Part shown: in pieces, positions 27,404 through 39,072 of the stretch
Layout: each line of letters starts with the position of its first letter
How positions within the stretch are numbered: the stretch's first letter is position 1
Assembly: GCF_963921235.1 (NCBI RefSeq)
Contig: NC_086097.1
Coordinates: forward strand, 251,102,001 to 251,166,000
Direction: 5' to 3'
Source of the DNA: Mobula hypostoma
Taxonomy: Eukaryota
Length of the DNA stretch: 64,000 nucleotides
The notes under the pieces: generated by a model
What the model was told of the DNA's origin: nothing
What the model saw: only the letters and a program-made list of their open reading frames with translations
Database searches by the model: none
Program-made: the position numbers and the translations under genes

Positions 27404-29911
27404 ACAGCAGTTATAATGGGTGACTTCAATCTACATGTAGACTGGGTGAACCAAATTGGTAAAGGTGCTGAGGAAGAGGATTTCTTGGAATGTATGCGGG
27501 ATGGTTTTTTGAACCAACATGTCGAGGAACCGACTAGAGAGCAGGCTATTCTGGACTGGGTTTTGAGCAATGAGGAAGGGTTAATTAGCGATCTTGTCGT
27601 GAGAGGCCCCTTGGGTAAGAGTGACCATAATATGGTGGAATTCTTCATTAACATGGAGAGTGACGTAGTTAATTCAGAAACAAAGGTTCTGAACTTAAAG
27701 AGGGGTAACTTTGAAGGTATGAGACATGAATTAGCTAAGATAGACTGGCAAATGACACTTCAAGGATTGACGGTGGATATGCAATGGCAGGCATTTAAAG
27801 GTTGCATGGATGAACTACAACAATTGTTCATCCCAGTTTGGCAAAAGAATAAATCAAGGAAGGTAGTGCACCCGTGGCTGACAAGAGAAATTAGGGATAG
27901 TATCAATTCCAAAGAAGTAGCATACAAATTAGCCAGAGAAAGTGGCTCACCTGAGGACTGGGAGAAATTCAGAGTTCAGCAGAGGAGGACAAAGGGCTTA
28001 ATTAGGAAGGGGAAAAAAGATTATGAGAGAAAACTGGCAGAGAACATAAAAACGGACTGTAAAAGCTTTTATAGATATGTAAAAAGGAAAAGACTGATAA
28101 AGACAAATGTAGGTCCCCTGCAAACAGAAACAGGTGAATTGATTATGGGGAGCAAGGACATGGCAGACCAATTGAATAATTACTTTGGTTCTGTCTTCAC
28201 TAAGGAGGACATAAATAATCTTCCAGAAATAGTAAGGGACAGAGGGTCCAGTGAGATGGAGGAACTGAGCGAAATACATGTTAGTAGGGAAGTGGTGTTA
28301 GGTAAATTGAAGGGATTGAAGGCAGATAAATCCCCAGGGCCAGATGGTCTGCATCCCAGAGTGCTTAAGGAAGTGGCCCAAGAAATAGTGGATGCATTAG
28401 TGATAATTTTTCAAAACTCGTTAGATTCTGGACTAGTTCCTGAGGATTGGAGGGTGGCTAATGTAACCCCACTTTTTAAAAAAGGAGGGAGAGAGAAACC
28501 GGGGAATTATAGGCCGGTTAGCCTAACGTCGGTGGTGGGGAAACTGCTGGAGTCAGTTATCAAGGATGTGATAACAGCACATTTGGAAAGCGGTGAAATG
28601 ATCGGACAAAGTCAGCATGGATTTGTGAAAGGAAAATCATGTCTGACGAATCTCATAGAATTTTTTGAGGATGTAACTAGTAGAGTGGATAGGGGAGAAC
28701 CAGTGGATGTGGTATATTTGGATTTTCAAAAGGCTTTTGACAAGGTCCCACATAGGAGATTAGTGTGCAAACTTAAAGCACACGGTATTGGGGGTAAGGT
28801 ATTGGTGTGGGTGGAGAATTGGTTAGCAGACAGGAAGCAAAGAGTGGGAATAAACGGGACCTTTTCAGAATGGCAGGCGGTGACTAGTGGGGTACCGCAA
28901 GGCTCAGTGCTGGGACCCCAGTTGTTTACAATATATATTAATGACTTGGATGAGGGAATTAAATGCAGCATCTCCAAGTTTGCGGATGACACGAAGCTGG
29001 GTGGCAGTGTTAGCAGTGAGGAGGATGCTAAGAGGATGCAGGGTGACTTGGATAGGTTGGGTGAGTGGGCAAACTCATGGCAGATGCAATTTAATGTGGA
29101 TAAATGTGAAGTTATCCACTTTGGTGGCAAAAATAGGAAAACAGATTATTATCTGAATGGTGGCCGATTAGGAAAAGGGGAGGTGCAACGAGACCTGGGT
29201 GTCATTATACACCAGTCATTGAAAGTGGGCATGCAGGTACAGCAGGCGGTGAAAAAGGCGAACGGTATGCTGGCATTTATAGCGAGAGGATTCGAGTACA
29301 GGAGCAGGGAGGTACTACTGCAGTTGTACAAGGCCTTGGTGAGACCACACCTGGAGTATTGTGTGCAGTTTTGGTCCCCTAATCTGAGGAAAGACATCTT
29401 TGCCATAGAGGGAGTACAAAGAAGGTTCACCAGATTGATTCCTGGGATGGCAGGACTTTCATATGAAGAAAGACTGGATGAACTGGGCTTGTACTCGTTG
29501 GAATTTAGAAGATTGAGGGGGGATCTGATTGAAACGTATAAGATCCTAAAAGGATTGGACAGGCTAGATGCGGGAAGATTGTTCCCGATGTTGGGGAGGT
29601 CTAGAACGAGGGGTCACAGTTTGAGGATAGAGGGGAAGCCTTTTAGGACCGAGGTTAGGAAAAACTTCTTCACACAGAGAGTGGTGAATCTGTGGAATTC
29701 TCTGCCACAGCAAACTGTTGAGGCCAGTTCATTAGCTATGTTTAAAAGGAAGTTAGATATGGCCCTTGTGGCTACAGGGGTCAGGGGGTATGGAGGGAAG
29801 GCTGGGTTCTGAGTTGGATGATCAGCCATGATCATAATAAATGGCGGTGCAGGCTCGAAGGGCCGAATGGCCTACTCCTGCACCTATTTTCTATGTTTCT
29901 ATGTTTCTATG
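27404..29911 (+). mobile_element. Young 5'-truncated CR1 LINE with uninterrupted ORF2 (end of APE endonuclease + complete RT)
   Basis: 798-aa ORF 27416..29812 with GDFN, SDH, KSPGPDG, YLDFQKAFD, GVPQGSVLGP, FADD; (TTTCTATG)n tail. Confidence 0.97.
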
Positions 29912-30743
29912 CAATTTAATGTGGATAAATGTGAAGTTATCCACTTTGGTGGCAAAAATAGGAAAACAGATTATTTTCTGAATGGTGGCCGATTAGGAAA
30001 AGGGGAGGTGCAACGAGACCTGGGTGTCATTATACACCAGTCATTGAAAGTGGGCATGCAGGTACAGCAGGCGGTGAAAAAGGCGAACGGTATGCTGGCA
30101 TTTATAGCGAGAGGATTCGAGTACAGGAGCAGGGAGGTACTACTGCAGTTGTACAAGGCCTTGGTGAGACCACACCTGGAGTATTGTGTGCAGTTTTGGT
30201 CCCCTAATCTGAGGAAAGACATCTTTGCCATAGAGGGAGTACAAAGAAGGTTCACCAGATTGATTCCTGGGATGGCAGGACTTTCATATGAAGAAAGACT
30301 GGATGAACTGGGCTTGTACTCGTTGGAATTTAGAAGATTGAGGGGGGATCTGATTGAAACGTATAAGATCCTAAAGGGATTGGACAGGCTAGATGCGGGA
30401 AGATTGTTCCCGATGTTGGGGAGGTCTAGAACGAGGGGTCACAGTTTGAGGATAGAGGGGAAGCCTTTTAGGACCGAGGTTAGGAAAAACTTCTTCACAC
30501 AGAGAGTGGTGAATCTGTGGAATTCTCTGCCACAGCAAACTGTTGAGGCCAGTTCATTAGCTATGTTTAAAAGGAAGTTAGATATGGCCCTTGTGGCTAC
30601 AGGGGTCAGGGGGTATGGAGGGAAGGCTGGGTTCTGAGTTGGATGATCAGCCATGATCATAATAAATGGCGGTGCAGGCTCGAAGGGCCGAATGGCCTAC
30701 TCCTGCACCTATTTTCTATGTTTCTATGTTTCTATGTTTCTAT
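29909..30743 (+). mobile_element. Second, tandem copy of the CR1 3' 825 bp
   Basis: Near-identical to 29084-29911, with its own (TTTCTATG)n tail. Confidence 0.96.
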
Positions 30744-32245
30744 TTCCTTTGCCCATCAGGAGTAGACTATAATTCGATTAACGTGAATCCATACTCAAAT
30801 ACAGTTCTGGTTAAGAATCCTGAGCACCCATTGTCACTGGGAGTGCAGGCTAGATGAATTTACCATATGTAATATCAATATGTAGTGTTCAACCAAAATA
30901 AACTTTGAACAAATATTTATTTGCACATTTTCTAATACACAGGAGCAGAATCAGGCTATTTGGCCCCTTGAGCCTGCTCCACCATTCCATCATGGCTGAT
31001 TTATTATCCTTCTCAAACCCATTCTCTTGCCTTCTCCCTGTAATCTTTGACACACCTAACTAATCAAAATATTACCAGCCTCTGCTTTAAATATACTCAA
31101 TGACTTGGCCTCCACAGCCATCTCAAACCGCAGGGTGAATTCTATCATGCCTCCTAAGGATTCCTTTAACCTAAGCTCTAAAACAGCTTTGAGTTTTATT
31201 TGCTCCAAAAGGTGATATACTTGATAACTATGAGTTCAGCACAAAAGCAAAATAACTCTGCAACTTAAAAGTTTTGGATATATGACATTTAGGTTTGAAT
31301 AAGAGTAATTTTGTGTCAGTGAATTAGGTCGGGAAGTAGCCACTAGGTGGTATGAAAAATTAATAACAAGTGAGCAGCATTGGTCTTTTAATGTGCTTAT
31401 GGACAATATCCTCAAAAGGCTGCAGGGCATTTCACAAAACACATATTTAGTAAAATACAAAACATTACTACTGGTTGTAGAACATAGAACATTACAACAC
31501 AGAACAGGTCCTTCAGCCCATAATATTGCGCAAACTTTTTAACCTACTTTTAAATAAATCAAACCCTTCCTTCCTACATAACCCTCCATTTTTCTGTCAT
31601 TCCTATGCCTACCCGAGAGTTTCTTAAATGCCCCAATTCCACCGACAGTGTGTTCTACGCACCTACCACTTTGTATTTTAAAAAAACAACATACCCCTGA
31701 CATCCCCCTTATACTTCCCTTCAATCACCTTAACGCTATGCCCCCTTGTATTAGCCATTTCTGTCCTGTGAAAAAGTATCTGGCTGTCCACTCGATCTGT
31801 GCCTCTTACCTTCTTGTACACTTCTACCAAGTCACCTGTCATCCTCCCTTGCTCCAAAAAGAAAAGCCCCAGCTCACACAGCCTATCCTCATAAAGCGTG
31901 CTCTCTAATCCAGGCAGCATCCTGGTAAATCTCCTCTGCACCCTCTCTAAAGAGTCCATTTCTTGTCTATAATGAGGTGACACAATACTCCAAGTGTAGT
32001 CCATTCAGAGTTTTATACAGCAGTAATATAACCTCAGAGTTCAAAATAAATTTATTATCAAATGATACACACACACACACACACACATACACACAATAAA
32101 TAATCTCGTGACCAATGAAGAGCAATACACCACATGCCTTCTTAACAACTTTCCCCAACCCACTCTGGTGTTTCTCTTTGACATTTTACTAAGGGAGTGA
32201 AGTGATTTATAGTGCTGAATTTCAGGCTGCCACTTGTACTTTCAG

Positions 32246-32485
32246 AGCCAGCTGTCTCGTGTGATGTCGGATATGCGGACACTGGTGGCCGAAGAAAGGA
32301 AGCATCGTCAGGAAGTGGAACAAGCCGAACTGGAGAAGAGGGAGCTAGTAGAGTTGCTAAAGAGCTGGAATAAAGAGAGCAGGCTTCTCAATGGAGAAGG
32401 GGGCAGCAAGAGAACCACTGCTGTCAGACCCCCCAACCGAATGGAAAGCATCAAACGGAAGCCGAAGGAGGTCACCGTTATCTAA
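32246..32485 (+). CDS. rnf41l: RNF41/RNF151-like, last coding exon (coiled coil, C-terminus ...KPKEVTVI)
   Basis: Acceptor tttcag| at 32245; SQLSRVMSDMRTLVAEERKHRQEVEQAELEKRELVELLK...EVTVI*. The five exons sum to 870 nt = 289 aa + stop. Confidence 0.9.
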   Translation, partial: SQLSRVMSDMRTLVAEERKHRQEVEQAELEKRELVELLKSWNKESRLLNGEGGSKRTTAVRPPNRMESIKRKPKEVTVI

Positions 32486-33115
32486 ATGATGGGTTACTGA
32501 ATTAGCCATGAATGCATTTCCCTCGTTTGTTTTAAATGGGTTCAAATTTTTTTTGCTTTGCCCAGTTAGAACACAGCATTTAATTGAGTACTACATAGGA
32601 CACAATACATTACAGGCCCTTTGGCCCACAATGTTATGCTGACCTTTAAATCCACTCTAAGATCAATCTAACCCCTTCCCTCCTACATATCACTGTTTTT
32701 CCTATCATCCGTATGCCTTCTAAGAGTCTCTCAAATACCCATTGTATATCGCCTCTGCTATCACTTGTAGGGCATTCCACACCCAACACTAAATCTGTGT
32801 CTAATAAAAACAAACCTCGCACATCTTTCCCGCCCTCCCCACCATACTTTCCTCCAAACACCTTAAAATTATGCCCCTTCATATTAGCCATTTCAGCCCT
32901 GGGCAAGCATTTCTGGCTGTCCTCTCTAGCCATACCTCTTATCATGTTGTACACCCCTAGTAAGTCAGCACTCAACCTTGTACAAAAAGGTCTGGCTCAC
33001 CCAAGCATTCTTCATTAGACATGCCCTCCAGTCCAGGCAGAATCCTGCTAAATCTCCTGTGCACCCTCTCCGGGGAAAATGTTTCTGCCACTTAAATAAA
33101 TATAGGCAGAACTGA

Positions 33116-35148
33116 AACAACAGGAATTCTGCAGATGCTGGAAATTCAAGCAACACACATCAAAGTTGCTGGTGAACGCAGCAGGCCAGGCAGCATCTCT
33201 AGGAAGAGGCGCAGTCGACGTTTCAGGCCGAGACCCTTCGTCAGGACTAACTGAAAGAAGAGCTAGTAAGAGATTTGAAAGTGGGAGGGGGAGGGGGAGA
33301 TCCAAAATGATAGGAGAAGACAGGAGGGGGAGGGATAGAGCCAAGAGCTGGACAGGTGATAGGCAAAAGGGATATGAGAGGATCATGGGACAGGAGGTCC
33401 GGGGAGAAAGACGGGGGGGGGGGGAACCAGAGGATGGGCAAGGGGTATATTCAGAGGGACAGAGGAAGAAAAAGGAGAGAGAAAGAAAGAATGTGTGTAT
33501 ATAAATAAATAACGGATGGGGTACGAGGGGGAGGAAGGGCATTAGCGGAAGTTAGAGAAGTCAATGTTCATGCCATCAGGTTGGAGGCTACCCAGACGGA
33601 ATATAAGGTGTTGTTCCTCCAACCTGAGTGTGGCTTCATCTTTACAGTAGAGGAGGCCGTGGATAGACATGTCAGAATGGGAATGGGATGTGGAATTAAA
33701 ATGTGTGGCCACTGGGAGATCCTGCTTTCTCTGGCGGACAGAGCGTAGATGTTCAGCAAAGCGGTCTCCCAGTCTGCGTCGGGTCTCACCAATATGTAAA
33801 AGGCCACATCGGGAGCACCGGACGCAGTATATCACCCCAGCCGACTCACAGGTGAAGTGATGCCTCACCTGGAAGGACTGTCTGGGGCCCTGAATGGTGG
33901 TAAGGGAGGAAGTGTAAGGGCAGGTGTAGCACTTGTTTCCCCTACAAGGATAAGTGCCGGGAGGGAGGTGGGTGGGGAGGGATGGGGGGGACGAATGGAT
34001 AAGTGCCGGGAGGGAGGTGGGTGGGGAGGGATGGGGGGGACGAATGGATAAGTGTCGGGAGGGAGGTGGGTGGGGGAGGGATGGGGGGGACGAATGGATA
34101 AGTGTTGGGAGGGAGGTGGGTGGGGAGGGATGGGGGGGACGAATGGATAAGTGTCGGGAGGGAGGTGGGTGGGGAGGGATGGGGGGGACGAATGGATAAG
34201 TGCCGGGAGGGAGGTGGGTGGGGAGGGACGGGGGGGACGAATGGATAAGTGCCGGGAGGGGGGTGGGTGGGGAGGGACGGGGGGGACGAATGGATAAGTG
34301 CCGGGAGGGGGGTGGGTGGGGAGGGACGGGGGGGACGAATGGATAAGTGCCGGGAGGGGGGTGGGTGGGGAGGTATGGGGGGGACGAATGGATAAGTGCC
34401 GGGAGGGAGGTCGGTGGGGAGGGATGGGGGGGACGAATGGATAAATGTCGGGAGGGATGGGGGGGACGAATGGATAAGTGCCGGGAGGGAGGTGGGTGGG
34501 GAGGGATGGGGGGGACGAATGGATAAGTGCCGGGAGGGAGGTGGGTGGGGAGGGATGGGGGGGACGAATGGATAAGTGCGTGGAGGGGGGTGGGTGGGGA
34601 GGGATGGGGGGGACGAATGGATAAGTGCCGGGAGGGGGGTGGGTGGGGAGGGATGGGGGGGGACGAATGGATAAGTGCCGGGAGGGAGGTGGGTGGGGAG
34701 GGATGGGGGGGACGAATGGATAAGTGCCGGGAGGGGGGTGGGTGGGGAGGGATGGGGGGGACGAATGGATAAGTGCCGGGAGGGGGGATGTGGGGAGGGA
34801 TGGGGGGGACGAATGGATAAGTGCCGGGAGGGAGGTCAATGGGGAGGGATGGGGGGGGGACGAATGGATAAGTGCCGGGAGGGAGGTGGGTGGGGAGGGA
34901 TGGGGGGGACGAATGGATAAGTGCCGGGAGGGGGGTGGGTGGGGAGGGATGGGGGGGACGAATGGATAAGTGTTGGGAGGGAGGTGGGTGGGGAGGGATG
35001 GGGGGGATGAATGGATAAGTGCCGGGAGGGGGGTGGGTGGGGAGGGATGGGGGGGACGAATGGATAAGTGTCGGGAGGGAGGTGGGTGGGGAGGGATGGG
35101 GGGGACGAATGGATAAGTGCCGGGAGGGAGGTGGGTGGGGAGGGATGG
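33116..35148 (-). mobile_element. 5'-truncated Penelope-like retroelement (Neptune-type) with GIY-YIG endonuclease end
   Basis: CRGNKCYTCPY linker, GVIYCVRCSRCGLLHIGETRRRLGDRFAEH (GIY-YIG), RLEEQHLIFRLGSLQPDGMN; 11-bp TSD GGCAGAACTGA at 33105 and 35149. Confidence 0.95.
33213..33248 (-). ncRNA. Minimal type I hammerhead ribozyme (intact core)
   Basis: Minus strand AGTC-CTGACGA-AGG gtctcgg CCT-GAAA-CGTC^GACT: stem I AGTC/GACT, stem II AGG/CCT, palindromic ACGT stem III, GUC cleavage triplet. Confidence 0.88.
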
Positions 35149-35150
35149 GG
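33948..35150. repeat. 49-bp G-rich minisatellite, about 24 copies
   Basis: Unit ggataagtgccgggagggaggtgggtggggagggatgggggggacgaat. Confidence 0.97.
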
Positions 35151-35354
35151 CAGAACTGATATTCTTGCCCAAGTTGCTTTTGATGACCAGGTTTTCTGCA
35201 AACAGAAATGGAATGATCTGTGCTTGGCCTTACCACTTGGTCAATGACGTCACTTCAGTCAGTGAAGTGTTGTGTTCTGTGTTGACCCAGTGTATTTAAG
35301 GGAAATTTGTAAAACTGTTGCTTGAATGTCATGTCTTCCTGAAAGATAAAACCT

Positions 35355-35360
35355 AATAAA
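35355..35360 (+). terminator. Candidate polyadenylation signal of the RNF41-like gene
   Basis: AATAAA in non-repetitive sequence that resumes after the Penelope insertion; earlier AATAAA hexamers lie in or beside TEs, so the assignment is uncertain. Confidence 0.4.
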
Positions 35361-35786
35361 TTAAGAGTGATTGGATTTCAAACATGTAAGAGGATGCTTT
35401 TTAATGCTTCTGCCTTGTAGACTGCAGCTCTTTACATTTTTACATGTACTCAGTGGCCACTTCGTTAGGCACACTTGCTCAAACAGTTGAGGCCAGTTCA
35501 TTGGCTATATTTAAGAGGGAGTTAGATATGGCCCTTGTGGCTACGGGGATCAGGGGGTATGGAGGGAAGGCTGGGGCGGGGTTCTGAGTTGGATGATCAG
35601 CCATGATCATAATAAATGGTGGTGCAGGCTCGAAGGGCCGAATGGCCTACTCCTGCACCTATTTTCTATTAATGCAAAAGTCTAATCAGCCTATCGTGTG
35701 GCAGTAACTCAGTGCATAAAAGCATGTTCAAGAGGTTCCGTTATTATTCAGACCAAACATCAGAATAAGGAAGAATTGTGATCTTA

Positions 35787-36830
35787 GACCATAAGATACA
35801 GGAGCAGAATTAGGTCATTTGGCCCAAAGAGTCTGCTCTGCTATTTCATCATGGCTGATCCAATTTCCCTCTCAGCCACAATCTCCTGCCTTCTCCCTAT
35901 ATCCCTTCATGCCCTGACCAATGAAGAATCTATGAACCTCTGTCCTAAATGTGCATAAAGACTTGGCCTCCGCAGCTGTCTGTGGCAAAGAATTCCACAG
36001 ATTCCCTACTCTCAGACTAAAGAAACTCCTCATCTGTTCTAAAAGGATGGCCCTCTGTTCTGAGGCTGTGTCCTCTAGTCTTAGACTCTCCCACCATAGA
36101 AAACATCCTCTCCATATCCACTTTATTGAGGCCTTTCACCATTCGATAGGTTTCAATGAGGTTACCACTCATTCTTCGGAATTCCAGTGAATACCAGGCC
36201 CAGAGCCATCAAACACTCTTCATCTGACAAGCCATTTGCGTGAACCTCTTTAGAACCCTCTCCAGTTTCAGAACATCCTTTCTAAAGAGCCCAAAACTGC
36301 TCACAATACTCCAAGTGAGGCCTCACCAGTGCTTTATAAGGTCTCAATATTACATCCTTGTTTTTATATTCTAGTCCACTTGAAATGAATGCTAACATTG
36401 CATTTGCCTTCCTCACTACAGACTTAACCTGAAAATTAACCTTTAGGGAATCCTGCACAAGGACTTCCAAGTCCCTTTTGAACCTCAGTTTTTTTCTATT
36501 TTACCTCCATTTAGAAAATAGACAACCCTTTTATTTCTTCTACCAAAGTGCATGACCATACACTTCCCAACACTGTATTCCATCTACCACTTTGCCCATT
36601 CTGCTTATCTGTCTAAGTCCTTCTGTAGACTCTCTACTTCCTCAAAACTACCTGCTTCTTTACCTATCTCCATATCGTCTGCAAACTTTGCAACAAAGCT
36701 ATCAATTCCATTATCCAAATCATTGATGAATAATGTAAAAAGAATCAGTCCCAACACAGCCCCCTGTGGAACAACACTAGTCACTGGCAGCCAGCCAGAA
36801 AAGGCTCCCTTTATTCCCACTCTTTGCCTC
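35787..36830 (-). mobile_element. Decayed CR1 3' region
   Basis: VPQGAVLG, FADD, VRPHLEYC fragments in broken frames; ccataaga tail. Confidence 0.88.
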
Positions 36831-38520
36831 TACCACCACCCTTGGCCAGTACGATGCAAGAATTTAAATATCAAAACTCCAGGCACATTACATGCATATC
36901 ATCCTCAGAGCAGAAATTAAGATGTAGTGTGATCACTTGAGTTGAGACAGGCAGCTGTAGAGAATGATATGGGATCCACGTATGCAGGATGTTAGGGTGG
37001 ATTCCCTTCATGGGGAACTGTGTGACTTTGTTTGATGTGGGGAGGCTGATGCATGGACAGCCACCACATGGTCCTTGACAGATTGGGTTAGGGTCCAGTG
37101 ACATGGAATGCAAAATGACTGGGGTCCCTCACTGCTGCAGCTTCCTCCATTTTCACTGCTGTTATGATGTGTCTTCATCTTCCACCAGCTTCACAGCTGA
37201 GGTAGTCTTTATCTGGAACCCTCCCCCCCTCCCACCGGCCTTACCACTGTGGGTAACCCTTCCAGGACCATAAGATATAGAAGCAGAATTAGGCCATTCA
37301 GCCCATTGAGTCTGTTCTGCCATTCCATCATGGTTGATTTTATTTATTTAAGATACTGCGTAGAATAGGCCCTTCCATCTCCTTGAGCCGTGCTGTCCAG
37401 CAATCCTATGATTGAACCCTAACCTAGTCACTGGACAACTTAGAATGATCAATTAACCTACTAACCGGTACATCTTTGTGGGAGGAAACTGCAGCACCCA
37501 GAAAAACCCACGCAGTCATGGGGAGAACATACCAACTTCATACAGACAGCAGCAGGAACTGGTATCATAGGGTGTTGTGCTAACCACTATGTTACAGTGC
37601 TTCCTCTCCCTCTGATCCCCATTCTCCTGCCTTCTCTCCATAATTTTTGATGCGCTGATTAATCAAGAACCTATCAACTTCCACCATAAATATATTCAAT
37701 GCACCTGTGCAGCCATCTATGGTAATGAATTACACAAATTCACCACCCTCTGGCTGAAAATTTTCCTCGTTTCTATTCTAAATGGATATCCTATTCTGAG
37801 GCTATGCCCCCTGGTCCTTGGCTCACCCACTATAGGAAACATCCTCTCTATCCAGACCTTTCAATATTCTGTAGGCTTCAATGAGACTCTCCCCACCATT
37901 CTTCTAAATTCCAGTGAGTACAGAACCAGAGCCATCAAACGCTCCTGATATGTTAATCCTTTCAAGGAGAATGTTTCCTATATTGTGAGAGTCTAAGGCC
38001 AGAGGATACTGCCTCAGAATAGAGGGGCATCCTTTTAGAACAGAGATGAAGAGGAATTTCTTTAGCCAGAGAGTGGTGAATCTGTGGAATCCTTTGCCAC
38101 AGGCAGCCATGGAGGCCAGGCCTTTATGTATATTTAAGGCAGAGGTTGATAGATTCTTGATTGCTCAGGGCATGAAGGAATACGGGGAGAAGGCCAGCAT
38201 CTGGGGCTGAGAGGAAACTGGATCAACCGTGATGACATGGTAGAACAGACTTGATGGGCCAAATGGCCTAATTCTGCTCCTATATCTTATGATCCTATAA
38301 AGCCTCAACATCACATTCTTTGCTTTTATATTCTCATCTTCTTGAAATGAATGCTATATTGGAATTGCCTTCCTTAGCACTAACTCAGCCTTTAGGGAAT
38401 CCAGCGCCGCGACTCCCAATTCCTTTTGCACCTGATTTTTGAATTTTCTTTCCATTTAGAAAATAGTCCACACCTTTATTCCTTCTACCAATGTTCATGA
38501 CCATGCACTTCCCTGCACTA

Positions 38521-38752
38521 GGGCAGCACGGTGGTGTAGTGATTAGCAAAATGCTTTACAGTTCCTGGAACCCTGTCTCCCCGTGACGGCCTGGGTTTCT
38601 TCTGGGTGCTCCGGTTTCCTCCCACAGTGCAAAGACGTACCTGTTAGTAGGTTCATTGGTCATTTTAAATTGTCCCATGATTAGGCTTGGGTTAAAACAG
38701 TTGCTGGATGGTGTGGAAGGATCTATTGACCACCGTATTTTAAATAAATAAA
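38521..38752 (+). mobile_element. V-SINE/HE1-like SINE
   Basis: gggcagcacggtggtgtagtg head and gggtttc...gggtgctccggtttcctcccaca core; further copies near 18520, 23000(-), 23215, 37480(-), 45930(-), 59105, 60890(-). Confidence 0.75.
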
Positions 38753-38834
38753 TTATATACCGTCAGCCACTTTGCGCATTCTTCCAATCTGCGTTGTACT
38801 GAAATAATACCGTTTCAAGCTAAAATGAAAGATC

Positions 38835-39072
38835 ATTGAAAAAGGAGGGAGGGAACATCGACTCAAGACCATGAGAGGCCTGAGTTGGGCATTTCCATGC
38901 CTTACAAGGCGCAGATTGGAAGTCTGTGTGGGGCGCCACTCCTCGCACAGACTCGAGCAATGTGTGGTTAAGTACCTTGCTCAAGGGCACAAACATGCTG
39001 CCACAGCTGAGGCTCGAACTAGCGACCTTGAGATCACCAGAGGAATGCCTTAACCACTTGGCCACATGCCCA
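38835..39072 (-). mobile_element. tRNA-derived SINE
   Basis: Minus strand A box TGGCCAAGTGG, B box GTTCGAGCC, followed by tgtgcccttgagcaaggtacttaacc body; no tRNA acceptor stem. Confidence 0.8.

Noticed and set aside
29828..30637. 269-aa ORF as an independent gene
   Set aside because: Chance in-frame fusion of the CR1 3' UTR/tail with the duplicated ORF2 C-terminus.
33948..35150. CRISPR-like regular repeat
   Set aside because: Units are contiguous with no unique spacers; eukaryotic context, no cas genes.
33542..35236. 564-aa and 435-aa proline-rich ORFs
   Set aside because: Stop-free translation of the 49-bp array; only the last about 135 aa are real (Penelope GIY-YIG).
38990..39072. tRNA gene
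   Set aside because: A and B boxes present but no acceptor stem, and it continues into a SINE body.
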